A stretch of DNA of 50,251 bases from Octopus bimaculoides. Taxonomy: Eukaryota. Position 1 is the stretch's first letter. Every line of letters begins with the position of its first letter. The notes below the pieces were generated by a model that saw only the letters and a program-made list of their open reading frames with translations, did no database searches and was not told the origin of the DNA. Where the stretch lies: positions 165,327,900 through 165,378,150 of the forward strand of contig NC_068982.1 of the NCBI RefSeq assembly GCF_001194135.2, read 5' to 3'. Both the position numbers and the translations under genes were made by a program. Shown one piece after another: positions 26,300-38,554 of this stretch.

Positions 26300-27215
26300 T
26301 CTCCTGAAGGAGATCATTAGAACCGTCTCTGAACAGTTCTCATGTCAACAAAACCAATACCAAAGGCCCGCTTGATATTCCGTAGAGCTTCTGCGGCAGA
26401 GTGACCCAATTTGTAAGGACACGCACTACGAAGATCCTAGAGCAAAAGGTACTGTTCGTTAATAATAGTGCGCTAGTTGCGCACAGTACTGAAGTTATGC
26501 GGAAACTAGTAGATAACTTTGCGCAACTGTTCAGCTTAAAGTTTAACATCAGAAAACCGAATGGCTTTAGCAGCCCGCGGAGAATCTAGCTGCCCCTGTA
26601 AAACATCTCTATGTTGCAAATCATGCAGGTACCTAGGTTACACCATCACAGATAATGTAAGACTGGACCAGAAAATCACATACAGAATGAGCAGATCTAG
26701 TGGTTCATTTGGCAGGCTGCAGGAGCGGCCGTGGAAAAATAAGCATGTTTCGCTACATGTCAAATATAAGATATATCAAGCTATAGTGATTTCTTCCTTG
26801 CTATACAGAGCTTAACCATGGACAGGTTATATAACACTCAAGTAGATAAGGTACATGCATATATGATGAGACAGCTGCAAAATATTATGAATATCACTGT
26901 TTGGTAAGATCAAGAATGAAGAGATTCTCCGGCGTACTTGTCTGCTTTCTACGATGGAGATTTACGTTGGTTTACACATACACAGGATGGAATACAGCAG
27001 ACACCCTTGACAACTTCTTTTCTTCTAACTACACAAGTGGAAAAGAAACCATGGAAGATCTAGACTGAGATTCAAAGATACTACATTAAGGAATATGAGG
27101 TGTAAAGGAATTGATAATAATAAATAGCAAACACGAACGAAAATCCGAACAGTATGGAAGAAGCTTATCAAGTCATGCCAAAGTCATAGATGCGACGACT
27201 GATTGCAGGACTATG
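26300..27215 (+). mobile_element. RTE-clade LINE 3' fragment (decayed RT C-half to 3' UTR)
   Basis: RTRTTKILEQKVLFVNNSALVAHS (decayed LFADD), YLGYTITDNVRLDQKITYRMSRSSGSFGRLQERPWKNKHVSLHVKYKIYQAIVISSLLY, MMRQLQNIMNI, RNHGRSRLRFKD. Confidence 0.85.
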
Positions 27216-27848
27216 AGGGTCATAGACTATGTATTTGTATATTTAAGTGTATGTGTGTGTCTAAAAAGTGGTGAGTATATAATTGCATGAATACCGAAAA
27301 GAGAATAAACGAATAGGTTTTACAATATTAGCAAAAGTAATAATGGATGATTAATCAACAGGCTCTTTGATACGCATATTCAAATATATACTTCACATGT
27401 GCATACGAAATATATGCATCTGCGTATTCATGAAGACAGAAGTAATATATGCACATATATTGAACGAGTCAGGCAGATGCGTTTTTAGATGCGATAACAA
27501 AGATAGAAATTTCAAATATTCTTTCATACAGCTTGTGTTTCTAGATATTCTTTTATGAATATCTAAATTGTACCAAAGAGGGGATTTTTAGTTGAATAAT
27601 AAAAATGGGAAACCTATTGCAACTCATATTGTTAACATAATGTAGTAGTGTAAGAAAAAAACGACAAAAGTAATATAATACAGGAAAATACAACAGAATA
27701 AGAAAAGGAAAGAAATAAAAAATGATGTTACTTTAACCATACTGTAACCATCAAGCCACAAAGGTATCTTTTGATTTCCAATTAGTGAGGATTGGTCTCT
27801 CGTGTTGCTAAATCATATTCTTCTTTCACTATTTTTTTTCGTTTTCAG

Positions 27849-27896
27849 TATAAAATCATGGCAAACATTCCTTACAAACGTAGACGAACACCTTAC
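27849..27896 (+). CDS. Candidate host exon (YKIMANIPYKRRRTPY), product unknown
   Basis: Very long pyrimidine tract ending TTTTCAG, open frame, ATCATGG start context, TAC|GTAACA donor; no homology recognised. Confidence 0.2.
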
Positions 27897-27985
27897 GTAA
27901 CAGTGTTTGTAATCTGAAGTGATTTCCGTTTAACTTTGTCACGAACTCTCTTGTTTTAGAGAATATTAAATTGTGAAATATCCAG

Positions 27986-28033
<48 letters not shown>

Positions 28034-28035
<2 letters not shown>

Positions 28036-28780
28036 CGAAGGGGAAATCAGTACAAATCAGAATTTTGCAATATTATTTCATTCACATAGTTTTACATTGT
28101 TTATGCTTTCATCGCTTTTCATAGTATTCTCCATTTGAAGCAATGCATCGGTCCACACGTATTTTCCACAGTTAGAATCAGTGCTGGAACACTTGTGAAG
28201 TGATGCCTTCGTCGTTTTGTCTTCCCCTCTTCCACATCTGCAAATTCCGTAGGACCAGCTTTCGTCATTTGTGATGACCTTCCAAAAAAGGTCCGGATCA
28301 GCCTCCAACTGTTCTTCAGTTCGCAGCATGCATTCAATTGTGACTGCTTATGCTCTTCCATGAGTAAGCAATGTACAAATTTTGTCGTAACTCTTTTCAT
28401 TCGCAATTTTTCGCTCAAAAGTATTTGCCAGGAACTCCAGAACACACCAGTCATATCAACAATTCCGTCAGTTGTTCGGTGACGGTCCTCTGATATCAGT
28501 TCATGAATTTTCATGATGTTTTCATTCCTTCGGGAGGTCAACTGTCGCCCTGAACGAGATTGGTCTTCAAGCTACTAGCGACTGTTCCTAAACAGGAAAA
28601 CCAATCGTAAACTTCTGTTTTGCTCATGTTTTGCTTGGCAGTATGAGCGCACTGAACAACGCCGGAAAGCAAACCGATACGTGAAGGTTGCATCAAGAGG
28701 CTTCTAGCAGCAGAAACCTGAACCACAACGGGCTTGTCCCACATAGAACGTTCCCGGTTACTTTTGGGTACCCTCTTGTA
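28034..28780 (-). mobile_element. Internally deleted mariner element
   Basis: MSKTEVYDWF, ISEDRHRT...LRMKRVTTKFVHCLL, DLFWKVITNDESW fused to FADVEE...WKIRVDRCIASNGEY; TA at both ends, divergent TIRs. Confidence 0.88.
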
Positions 28781-29319
28781 TATATTAAGCATTTTTATTC
28801 TACAGTGAAATATATTTAATTGTGCATATGATTAGATTGTAACACGAAATTAGATGTTCTTTTCTCTTATTAGTTTTAAATACTGAACTAAGCTAGTACA
28901 CTTTAGAAATTTAGAAATTTTGAGTATATGTTGCAATTTGTGGAATTAAACTTATAAAAGATACGAGTTGCTATACTAATCTACTGTAAATATGTTTTTA
29001 TGAAGATTGGTCTTGATTATCAAATTAGTAATCTGGAAAGAAGTAATATAGTATCATTTCTAGAGGTAGAAAGCTAGATGTGCCTTAGTTATGAACTAAT
29101 TATGTTAATTACCCTAAACATTTACTCTCGCCATTCAGTAGTTACTTTTCCAATTGCAAAGATACTTTTTCCATTCAGTATATTCCCTGATTGGGGCTTG
29201 GTACTTGAGATAATAATTCAGAAAACAAGAAAATTTATTTATATTGTATTTGTTGTAAATAACTAGCATTATGATAGTGCCGCCAACTTTAGTAAGTATC
29301 AAAATAAATGTCAATTCTA

Positions 29320-30595
29320 AATTACACTTTTCTGCTTAATTAGGAAATAAATTAATTAACTATTTAGTATCTATTATCTAAACTACATTGAACGACGTGA
29401 TATAATCCTCTCTAATCCTTCTTTGAAATGTTCAAAATATCCGAGCCTTCTTTTATCGATGGTTGTACCATATATCAAAGTACCATAAGGGAAAATGTGC
29501 TCACTTTTGCATACGGTATCAAGAGAGCGTAATGCGATTCTAACACTTAAAAGTAACGTACTACGGACATAATGCACATCAATTAGATCATATATTAATA
29601 GAAAGGTATATGTCATGTTATGTAACAATATGCTAAACTAGAATTCCCATTTCTTAAGGATGCATGAATCTTCTGCAAATAAATATTTATATACGAATCA
29701 TCTTTACTCAAAAACAACTCCAGAAATGTCTTTGATCTTGGTATAATTGCTCCTTGCACCTATTTTATTAGACCAGGTTTCTTCCGACACTAATACAAAA
29801 GCGGACGTAACAATTTTATTAAACTATATGGATCATGCAAATCCTCTTCTCTGTAGTAACTCTTTTTGTCCTTTTTCTTAGCAGGCAAAAGTAAAGATGT
29901 GTTTCAAGAAAAAGCAGTGCGCTGTCAGTAAGATCTTAAGAAAGAAAGACTATGATACGTTTAATGTCTGCAGAAGACAACAGATCCTTTCTGGAGATGA
30001 CATCATTCTCAACAGCAATGTTCATAGATGGATATAAGAAAGGTAAAAAGGGCAGAGACCAGTATTGAATATATGGAGCTATGATCAAATGCGACCACTG
30101 GAACGAATCGTCAACAAGTGGAAGATTCGTTCAGCATACGAGTTACAGTTCGTGAGCTTGCTGCACAAGAGACTGTGGTTACAATGCAACCATTTTGGAG
30201 ATAAAGGATTACAATTTAAAAAATAATATATTATCTCACAAATTTGCCTTTGTGTTCGTTCTTCTTAGTGAGTAAAATAAGCTAACACTCAGTTAGCTGT
30301 GTGGTCCTCAGTCATATTTAGATAGTAGACTTTTGGAGCAAATAACGCAAGATTCTCTCCTGTCTGCTGACATGTGTTGAAATTATACCACTATTAAGTC
30401 CGCCTCTTGAATATTCTTTAAAAAAATTCAGATGTACTCTTTTATATCCAATTCTTCACATAGATAAAAGAAGGCTCGAATATTTTGAACATTTCATAGA
30501 AGGATTAGAGACGATTATAACAAGTTGCTCAGTCTAGTTTAGATAATGGATACTAAATTGTTAATCAATTTATTTCCTGATTAAGTAGAAAATTT
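29320..30595. repeat. ~135-bp inverted repeat pair (29320-29458 vs 30463-30595)
   Basis: GATAAAAGAAGGCTCG.ATATTTTGAACATTTCA.AGAAGGATTAGAGA.GATTATA core is 54/57 identical, with similarity extending beyond it. Confidence 0.88.
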
Positions 30596-31125
30596 CTGCA
30601 ATATACTTTAGAATGTGAGTATATCTTTATGATTCAGAAACACATGCTCAGTATATGCAATGGCTTCACACCACTTCTCTCAATCCTAACACACTCAAAA
30701 GCCAGCGATTAACAGAACGATGACAAGGATATAAGTTTCCTAGATTTTCTTTCTCGTGGCTGTACCCTGACTGCTAGCGGTATATCAAAATTCACAATAA
30801 GTTTAGAGAAGCCACTAAGAAAAAGAGATGAAACAAGAATCTAAACGCACTAATTATTACCATTCCCAAGCAAATTTATCTTCGCTAACAAATCAGGCAA
30901 TTGACAAATGGGAATACTGTACAGCCCAAATCTCGCGCTCTCTGACTTCCTTCTGTTCGGTCCAATGAAGGACAGCTTTTAATGATAATGATTTGATAAT
31001 ACAGACGAGGTGAATGAAATTGGCTGTGAAAAAGTGGGTACAAAAGTGCACACCTGAAATGTTTGAAAGAATATTCAAGAGGCGAACTCAACAATGGTAT
31101 AAATGCATCACTTACTATGAAGATA
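29885..31125 (+). mobile_element. Decayed mariner transposase interrupted by rearranged DNA
   Basis: FKKKQCAVSKIL...RRQQILSGDD...NVHRWI (N-terminal HTH), RVTVRELA, ETHAQYMQWLHTTS, DFLSRGCTLTA, YSPNLALSDFLLFGPMK, AVKKW...WYKCI. Confidence 0.72.
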
Positions 31126-31468
31126 ATTTGTCTATAGAGTTACTCTAGCTACCTGTGCAATTCAAATTACCAATTTCACTTAATAAAACAGCTATGATCG
31201 TTTTTGCATTGTTTTGGCGACAACCTTTGTAATTTGGTTTGAACTCGTCAAGGTTATGTTATCTGGGAAACTTTTATTTGCAATTGAAAGAGGACAAAAT
31301 TCCCTTCCTGCAACCGTTTTGGAGATAAAGGATTACCATTAAAAAATAATATATTATCTCACGAATTTGTCTTTGTGTTCGTTCTTCTCAGTCAGTAAAA
31401 TAAGGTAACACTCGGTTATATCAATTACACACGCTGCGCAAATTGTGAGATCCTCAGTCATATTTAGA
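30185..31468 (+). repeat. ~140-bp direct repeat pair (30185-30325 and 31309-31468)
   Basis: TGCAACC.TTTTGGAGATAAAGG...AAATAATATATTATCTCAC.AATTTG.CTTTGTGTTCGTTCTTCT...CCTCAGTCATATTTAGA; the second copy has a ~20-bp extra segment. Confidence 0.88.
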
Positions 31469-32739
31469 AATCCAGTTACATTCAGTGAATTAACAAATCA
31501 ATTCATATGTTGTTTTCACATCTACATGCATAATTAACATTGCATTTATATTGTTGTATTGTTATTAACATTGCATTTTGATCTATTAATGACATGTATT
31601 GGCCTGTATTGGCTGATGGCATGTATTGGGTATGTAGAGTAACACATAAAAATTTCCCAGTCTTATTCTTTTCTTCATATGAAGAACGTTAAGTCTAACA
31701 CGGAATATAATGGCCAATATATTTCTCTGTAACTTAATACTTATATGAATGGAAATATTTCTCAATACCAAAGATTTTCTTCCATCGAATATTGCACGTT
31801 CATATTGGACGTTTAAAAATACCTTTATAAAGAATTGTGGTTTTACCTACAAGTACATCTACTTGATGCTGTATGATTTGGTCATATACATATAAAGTAC
31901 CAGTGATGTCACCTATCATATTGGAATTGAAGTTTCTATTCAACTATCGTAGAAAAGGAGACAGTATTCGTTCCCGCATTGGATACAAATTATATATGTC
32001 TGTGTGAGCGTATATTTTTGGGTATGTACATATGCATGCACATTTGCGTAACTCTGTGAGTATATATGTATATTTATATCTGTATGTGTGTTTGTGTGGT
32101 TAATTTATCTGGAATGGAAGAAGAGCGTTTATATATTCATTTGAATATCTGATTGACATAGAAATTTCGGTCTTCCTGATAACTTTATCTGAAAATTTAA
32201 TATAAGATCGTGAAAATACGATAATAAATTGCCGTTTACAATTTTCGTATGTCTTGATAAATTGTCGTATATCTTGATGAACTAAGAATAGGTTTTTAAA
32301 CGTTTAGAAACAAGTTAACCGAGTTTATAGTTTCAGAACGCATTGGTATTTTCTTTATGCGCTGAAAATTTTTGTCACATTGCGCTTAATAGAATTAATT
32401 AAAGAACGTAAAAACATACGAACACTCTGAATGTTCTAAATCATTTTCACTAATATTTTTAAAATCTCAAATTGTAGGAAATATTATACTCCAAATATCT
32501 TATCTTAAAATATATAAAAGTGATTATAAACTGGGTTGTATTTTTTGTTCTATAATCTTACGAGCAAAGTCAAGTTTATCAAGAACTAGGATTGCCAATG
32601 CCTACTTGTCCAAAGTTGTATCGATTTAAATGAAGACCTTACTACACAGTAGATGCTACTTATATTTCAAACGGAGACTTGAACAAAATAGTATAGTTTA
32701 AAGGATAATTTCGCATGTAAGATAAACTTTGTGAAATTA

Positions 32740-32900
32740 CTGGGCTTGTGGTTAAGATGATCGGTTCCTGATCACAAATTTGTGGGTTCAGTTGTTGCAC
32801 TCGGCCTCATATTGTGTTCTTGAGTAACGCATTTTATTTTTCATTCCAGTTGACTTAACTGAAATGAACACTGTCCAGGTACTGGTGCATCCAAGTCTCC
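32740..32900 (+). mobile_element. Old tRNA-type SINE remnant
   Basis: A-box-like GTGGTTAAG, B-box-like GGGTTCAGTT, then GTGTTCTTGAGTAACGCATTTTA (decayed GTCCTTGAGCAAGACACTTTA core). Confidence 0.5.
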
Positions 32901-32983
32901 TTCCATGTATCACATCCTAGATGTGACACTTGGTGAAGTTTGAGCAGAGGGAGAGGGTTTCTTATGTGTTCTCGAGTTATATA

Positions 32984-33075
32984 GCCAACACAATCAATCA
33001 CGGTAGATGTTACGCCAACACAATCAATCACGGTAGATGTTACGCCAACACAATCAAGCACGGTAGATGTTACGC
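32984..33075 (+). repeat. 30-bp tandem repeat, 3 copies (GCCAACACAATCAATCACGGTAGATGTTAC)
   Basis: Two exact copies, third with one mismatch; no spacers. Confidence 0.97.
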
Positions 33076-33759
33076 TGCCCTATTCGCTTGTCAGTGACAG
33101 CGGGCTTTGTTGTTTTTGGAGCGCACATATTTTCTGAAACTGTCAAACGTAAACGAAGCACTCACAAGAAATTTATATCTATGACTAGAACAGTTATCGC
33201 TTTGCTAGCGTATAGGTTACTATGCTGTATACACATTGGCACAAACATGAGCAATATTTTATGATGCTTTAGGAAAGTTGACGTTTGTCAGCCCAATCAT
33301 GTTGGCTGTCACTGGAAACATAAATGTTACTCTATCCAATTTATAAACTTTTCAGAGCAATGCTAAATTTGTATACTTATTGAAAAAACACTAAGGTCTA
33401 AAACATACTACAATATTAATATGTTAATAAATATTTTCAGCGCTTGCATTAAAATGGAAACAAGACAGACTAAATTAGTTTTATCACAGGTTGTATTCAC
33501 CAAAATTATGTATATACAATGTCTATCCTTGTCGGTAAGAAACGGGATTCTCTCTCTCTTTCTCACTCTCTCACACACTCCCTTTCTCTCTATATCTATA
33601 TAATATATATGTGCCTGTATGTGTTTGTGTGCGTGCGCGCAGGCATGTGTTTGTGTATGTATAGAAACACACATATATATTTACTTATATAAGTATATAT
33701 GTACATATGAATGTAAATATACATATATGTATGTATATGAGCAGATTTGCATGTTTTGT

Positions 33760-34375
33760 TTTATGTATGTCTTCTTATGCATATACTTGCATATCTAGAC
33801 ATGCTCATATATACTTAAATGATAAACATCTGGAAAATTTTAAAGATTTGTACAGTTCCAGTGATGGCTTGAATCTGTAGTCTTCGAATCAGTTTTCTCT
33901 TTCTCTTTCTCTTATGCAGTGTCTTACATATCCCAGTGCACCAATAATTATAGGTATAACCCGGAACTTGTAATCCGGATAGAGTAACTGCAGATTTCTC
34001 AGTAGTTTAGCGTAGGTGTCCTCTTTTTCGCCGATCTTCAGCCTTATGTTAACATCTACTGACAGCTGATTTCCACAACTGTACACAGTTTCTCTTCTCT
34101 ATCCCAAATCATTATGTCAAGTCTATTGTGTTTACATATTACTGAGGTTTTCACTGAGACATTCCACCAATACCTCTTTTTTATTATGATTGGATATGAC
34201 TTATTTCTTATTTCTTTGTCTTCGGGATCATGTTTTCGATGGATCTCATTATACAGTGTCCTAGTTACATCATGTCTCACCGGCAGATAATACTGCGATG
34301 ATATTTTCGAATAACTGCTTATGATGTGGGGGACATCTTCGGCATTAACTCCACAAACGTTATATGTATGTATGT
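33760..34375 (-). mobile_element. RLE-type non-LTR retrotransposon 3' fragment, family A
   Basis: CGVNAEDVPHIISS...YYLPVRHDVTRTLYNEI, YWWNVSVKTSVICKHNRLDIMIWD...VEISC, KEDTYAKLLRNLQLLYPDYKFRVIPIIIGALG; 5' end at a (CATA)n run. Confidence 0.85.
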
Positions 34376-35858
34376 ATGTATACGTTACGTCCTGCGATTT
34401 TGAAACTTGTGTAGTGACCAAAGCCACATAAATATATGAATAACTGACGTAATTTGTTGGCTTGGGAGCATTGCAAAAAAATTCTGCTTTATCTCATATA
34501 TGGAGCAAGCGAAATCCAGTATTGCTTCACAACGGCTGGGTTTATAGGGGTTTGTAATTATTTCAATAGCGTATTGAAAATAGTAAACGTCATATCCATC
34601 TGTACATCAATGACTATGAGGTAATGACTCATAATCTAAAGTAGAATTCATTGCAGCTTTGTACCCTCAGCTCATGTATGTTTTTCCAGATTTTCCTTTT
34701 TTGACGCGATGTTTTCTTTGTGGCCAACATACAACTCTAGAATATGAGGTGCAGTTTATTTTGAATTTAGAGCTTACATGGCTTCTGTTTTTAACGTTCC
34801 TTCTGCTTTTGTTTGCAAAATTGTTCTTCTGAACTTTTTTTTTTTTTTCTTGTCGATACTCTTCAACAAATGCTTAGCTGAGTCTTCGTATCCATCTCTC
34901 TGAAAGTCGGCTACTCTTATTTTTACCTTCAAAAGAGGCCGGCGAATGTTCTGCTCCTCATATCGACACCTAAGTCAGCATTCTCCCCAGTGTAGTTTCT
35001 TGTGTTACGATTCACTTCGTCTGCTTTTCGTAAACCCTTATGTTTCTGAACTTCGCACTCTGCTGCTGATCTTTTGCAATAAATAAACAATTTCAGCATA
35101 TTTTAGATAATTCTGGTAAGGTGCGTATTGTTGTCTTTTCATTCCACAAAATAGGGTGGTACGTCTGTCAAACGGTAGCGCAGGTGTCCCAAGGCGAGCT
35201 CAGCGTGGACGAAACCACACATCGAACAAAAGTGCAAAAGCTCGCTCGATCTCGATTTTCAGTACGAATTCTCGCAAACGCAAGTCACACGAAATTTTTG
35301 GAAGCCTCTCTAGATTTCTCAATTTTATCTGGGTAAAGGTATTATTTAATATTGATTTAAATGGTTATTATTCTTCTACACACTGATTTTCATGGGATTT
35401 GGGTTGTTTTTTTTTACTGCAATCAAATTTTAACTTTCATTAAGGAGTTTTCAGATGATATCATGCCTGACCTTCCTGTTTACCCTGGTGACATGCCTTA
35501 GTATTATTTATTCAATAAGAAGACTAATACTTTCTCTCGATCAACATAGTCGATTGTTTTGAGCTCAATACTTGTTTACTAACTGATTAGAATTGCTAAG
35601 GGTTGATTACTTTTATATCTGAAAAATCTACAATTCTTTCTGTTAATCTATCAAGAACTTTAGTAATATTCCTTTTTCTGTCTAATACGGTTTGCTCTCT
35701 ACGTTTAACTTTTTCTTATGACTTTATTTGGAATGATTATATCAGATCTGTTTCAATGACGATTGATTTTTCCTGTAGACCCCCTTATCATGTTATCTTG
35801 CAAGGTATTCTTCAATTTTATAATACTCTTATTTGAAATATTGGCTGGCACCACTCGC

Positions 35859-35945
35859 GATATTCTTTCTCTTAGAGTTAAAAAATGAGTTACTAACATT
35901 TTACATCCCATTTTAATGAATTGAGAGAGATATAGATACACACAA

Positions 35946-36023
<78 letters not shown>

Positions 36024-37138
36024 GTATGTACAGCGTGTGGAAGCTATGTATATTTGTTATAAGTATATAATACTAAATTGGTGTTGAAAACTAATATCCT
36101 TCATATCGCAGTAGATTTTCTATATGAACAATTCCAACTGACTTTCTATACTTCCAATGTCTTTTATATTTATAAATCAAGATGTATTTGCCAAGAAATA
36201 TAACTTCTAATTGATATTCTTTCTCTTAGTGACTGAGTTCAAAAATGTGTTACTAACATTTTACATCCCGTTTTCTGAAGTTACATCTCAACCACTCTCT
36301 TGCTCTCTCACGCTCCTCTCTTTATCTCATATTTTGCCGCTATTGAGCAAATATTTTGGCAATCATTGTTCTGTCGAAGATCTTTTTGTTCTTTCTGTTT
36401 TTAAGGCTGCTAACCAAGTAACCAACTAGAAATTCTCATTCATTCACTGTTATTTTACGTTATATAGCCACGCATTTGTCTTTAAGAACAATCTTTTACT
36501 CTTATTGTTTTCTGCATAAGTTTAATCATAAATCATTAAAATTTTGTGTTGAATATTTTGTCACTTTTAGAGCATGGCAGCCTCTCATTAGGTTTCTATG
36601 TAACTTGTCTTTTGTAATTCCGAAATATGTTTTTGATGAAACCTGTTGTATTATTGTTTTAATTGTCAATTTGTTAGAAGTAAATTCCAGTAAAATATAA
36701 GTATTATTGCGTATATATTTCACATTTACTTGTAGCCTTACTATTCGTACGTATGCACACAGGCCTACATACACAAATACCCGCACACAAACACGCACGT
36801 ATACACGCAAGCATGCACGTATTTACTTAAACATTTGTTTCATAGGCGTTGTGATCTTTTTCATAAATATTGTCTATGAGCGTATAAAATCTCATCATTC
36901 GTACGGATATATGAGATTATATTAAAAAAATGTAGAGTATAGTTTTAATGAAGTAAACGCTTCCAGATTCTTAAGAAAAACATTTCAGATTGTATTGTCT
37001 AGATTTTATTATATTCTCATCGAGTCGATAACTCAATGAAAATTTAATATATGTCAAAATTTTAAAGGAGAACCACTTCAGCTGTAAAGTTAAAAAATAC
37101 ATTATTCATTTTTCAGAGTTAATGATTTTTAAATTTGT

Positions 37139-37186
<48 letters not shown>

Positions 37187-37195
37187 AAAACTAAC

Positions 37196-37275
<80 letters not shown>

Positions 37276-37564
37276 CATACACACACAGAAACACACACAC
37301 ACACATATATACACACATATACATATATGTATGTATGTATGTATGTACAGCGTGGGGAAGCTATGCATATGTGCTATGTACGTATGTTTGAGTAAGAGAA
37401 AGACTTAATTGGTGTTTATTCCTGAAGCTCTCGTTGAAAACTAATATACTTCATATCGCAGTAGATTTTCTATATGAACAATTCCAACTGACTTTCTATA
37501 CTTCCAATGTCTTTTATATTTATAACTCAAGATGTATTTGCCAAGAAATGTAACTTCTAATTGA
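35859..37564 (+). repeat. Local tandem duplication with unequal internal length
   Basis: Block X at 35859-35915 and 36213-36275; block Y at 36030-36214 and 37348-37564 (core 36083-36214 vs 37433-37564 near-identical). Confidence 0.9.
37140..37350. repeat. Compound (TA)n-(GA)n-(CA)n-(TATG)n microsatellite
   Basis: Visible. Confidence 0.95.
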
Positions 37565-38445
37565 ATTACATGTTCTTATTTTCTTCCATCTCACATACCT
37601 TTAAATTTTATTTGAATTACATTTAAATGTACAATACTTGTTGCGATATAACACTTGCGTTCTTCACTTACTATTTGACTGAAAGTTGACAAAGGATTAG
37701 TTTATTCGTTATATGAACAATATTGAGCACACTTATGCTCGTTCAAATCATATTGTTGGAAATATCTTATAAAGTATCTGTTACCTTTCCGACAAGTTGA
37801 ACGCATCACTAAATTCAATTATTAATAATTATTCATTCTGACTTGTGATATGTATGAGGGTATGGCATAGTTGACTAAATAAATGCAGCAGATATCATTG
37901 TTTATTCTAAAAGGATTTCAATTGAAAGCTCATTGTAAATGAAAATGTATGAATTTAACTACATTCACTGTTTTACAAACCTTTATTCAATATTAGTTTA
38001 CGTTTGTTTCTGATAATTGATTTAAACTGAAAAAATTATGCACTCTATTCTACGTAGCTCTAGGTACAAAATAATGCTAAATTTAGAATTAGAAACATTC
38101 CGTTTAACCCTACTGATACTTATAAGCATCACTCTTAAAGAATAATTTTAGTCGAAATAATTGAATGAAGTATTACTAAATTTCGTAAACCATTTTGTCA
38201 ATTTATTTCCGAACAAAACAGCACCGATTTACCGACTACGTGATGCTGAGATAATGATTATTTTCCTCCAAGTATTGACAATCATATAATGGTTGTTGTA
38301 CTCATGATTTATATACAAGTTATTTAATATTTTAATCACATAAATATTTAGCTCTTTTGTAAAAATGAGTGTTGTGTGGAGTTGAAGTATATTTGAGAGA
38401 ATTTGAATATATATACATATTAATTGAATACATAATACTTATTAA

Positions 38446-38554
38446 TTAGAATGGTATTTCAGCTTTAAGTCTGTCAGTATTCCTTGAAGAATGTGTTCCA
38501 AAATTGGAGCTACTATCATTATCAGGGGATATTGAAATTACTTCAAGAGAATCT
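38446..38554 (-). CDS. Candidate terminal coding exon (DSLEVISISPDNDSSSNFGTHSSRNTDRLKAEIPF*), product unknown
   Basis: Acceptor TTTTTGAATGCTTTTATTTACAG, 35-codon open frame, AT-rich downstream sequence with AATAAA near 38205; phase-compatible with 39630-39683. Confidence 0.25.

Noticed and set aside
29885-29927. 43-nt exon with strong acceptor and GTAAGA donor
   Set aside because: Lies within the mariner N-terminal coding remnant. It could still be an exonised TE, but there is no evidence for that.
29383-30535. Duplicated DKRRL(G/E)YFEHF(K/I)EGLE peptide as paralogous exons
   Set aside because: All three differences in the 57-bp core are non-synonymous, and similarity continues past the stop; better explained as an inverted DNA duplication
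32984-33075. CRISPR-like 30-bp repeats
   Set aside because: Head-to-tail with no spacers, eukaryotic context, no cas genes
34700-35330. Possible pogo/Tc-like transposon remnant with a CpG-rich segment
   Set aside because: No diagnostic motif or TIR pair could be established by eye
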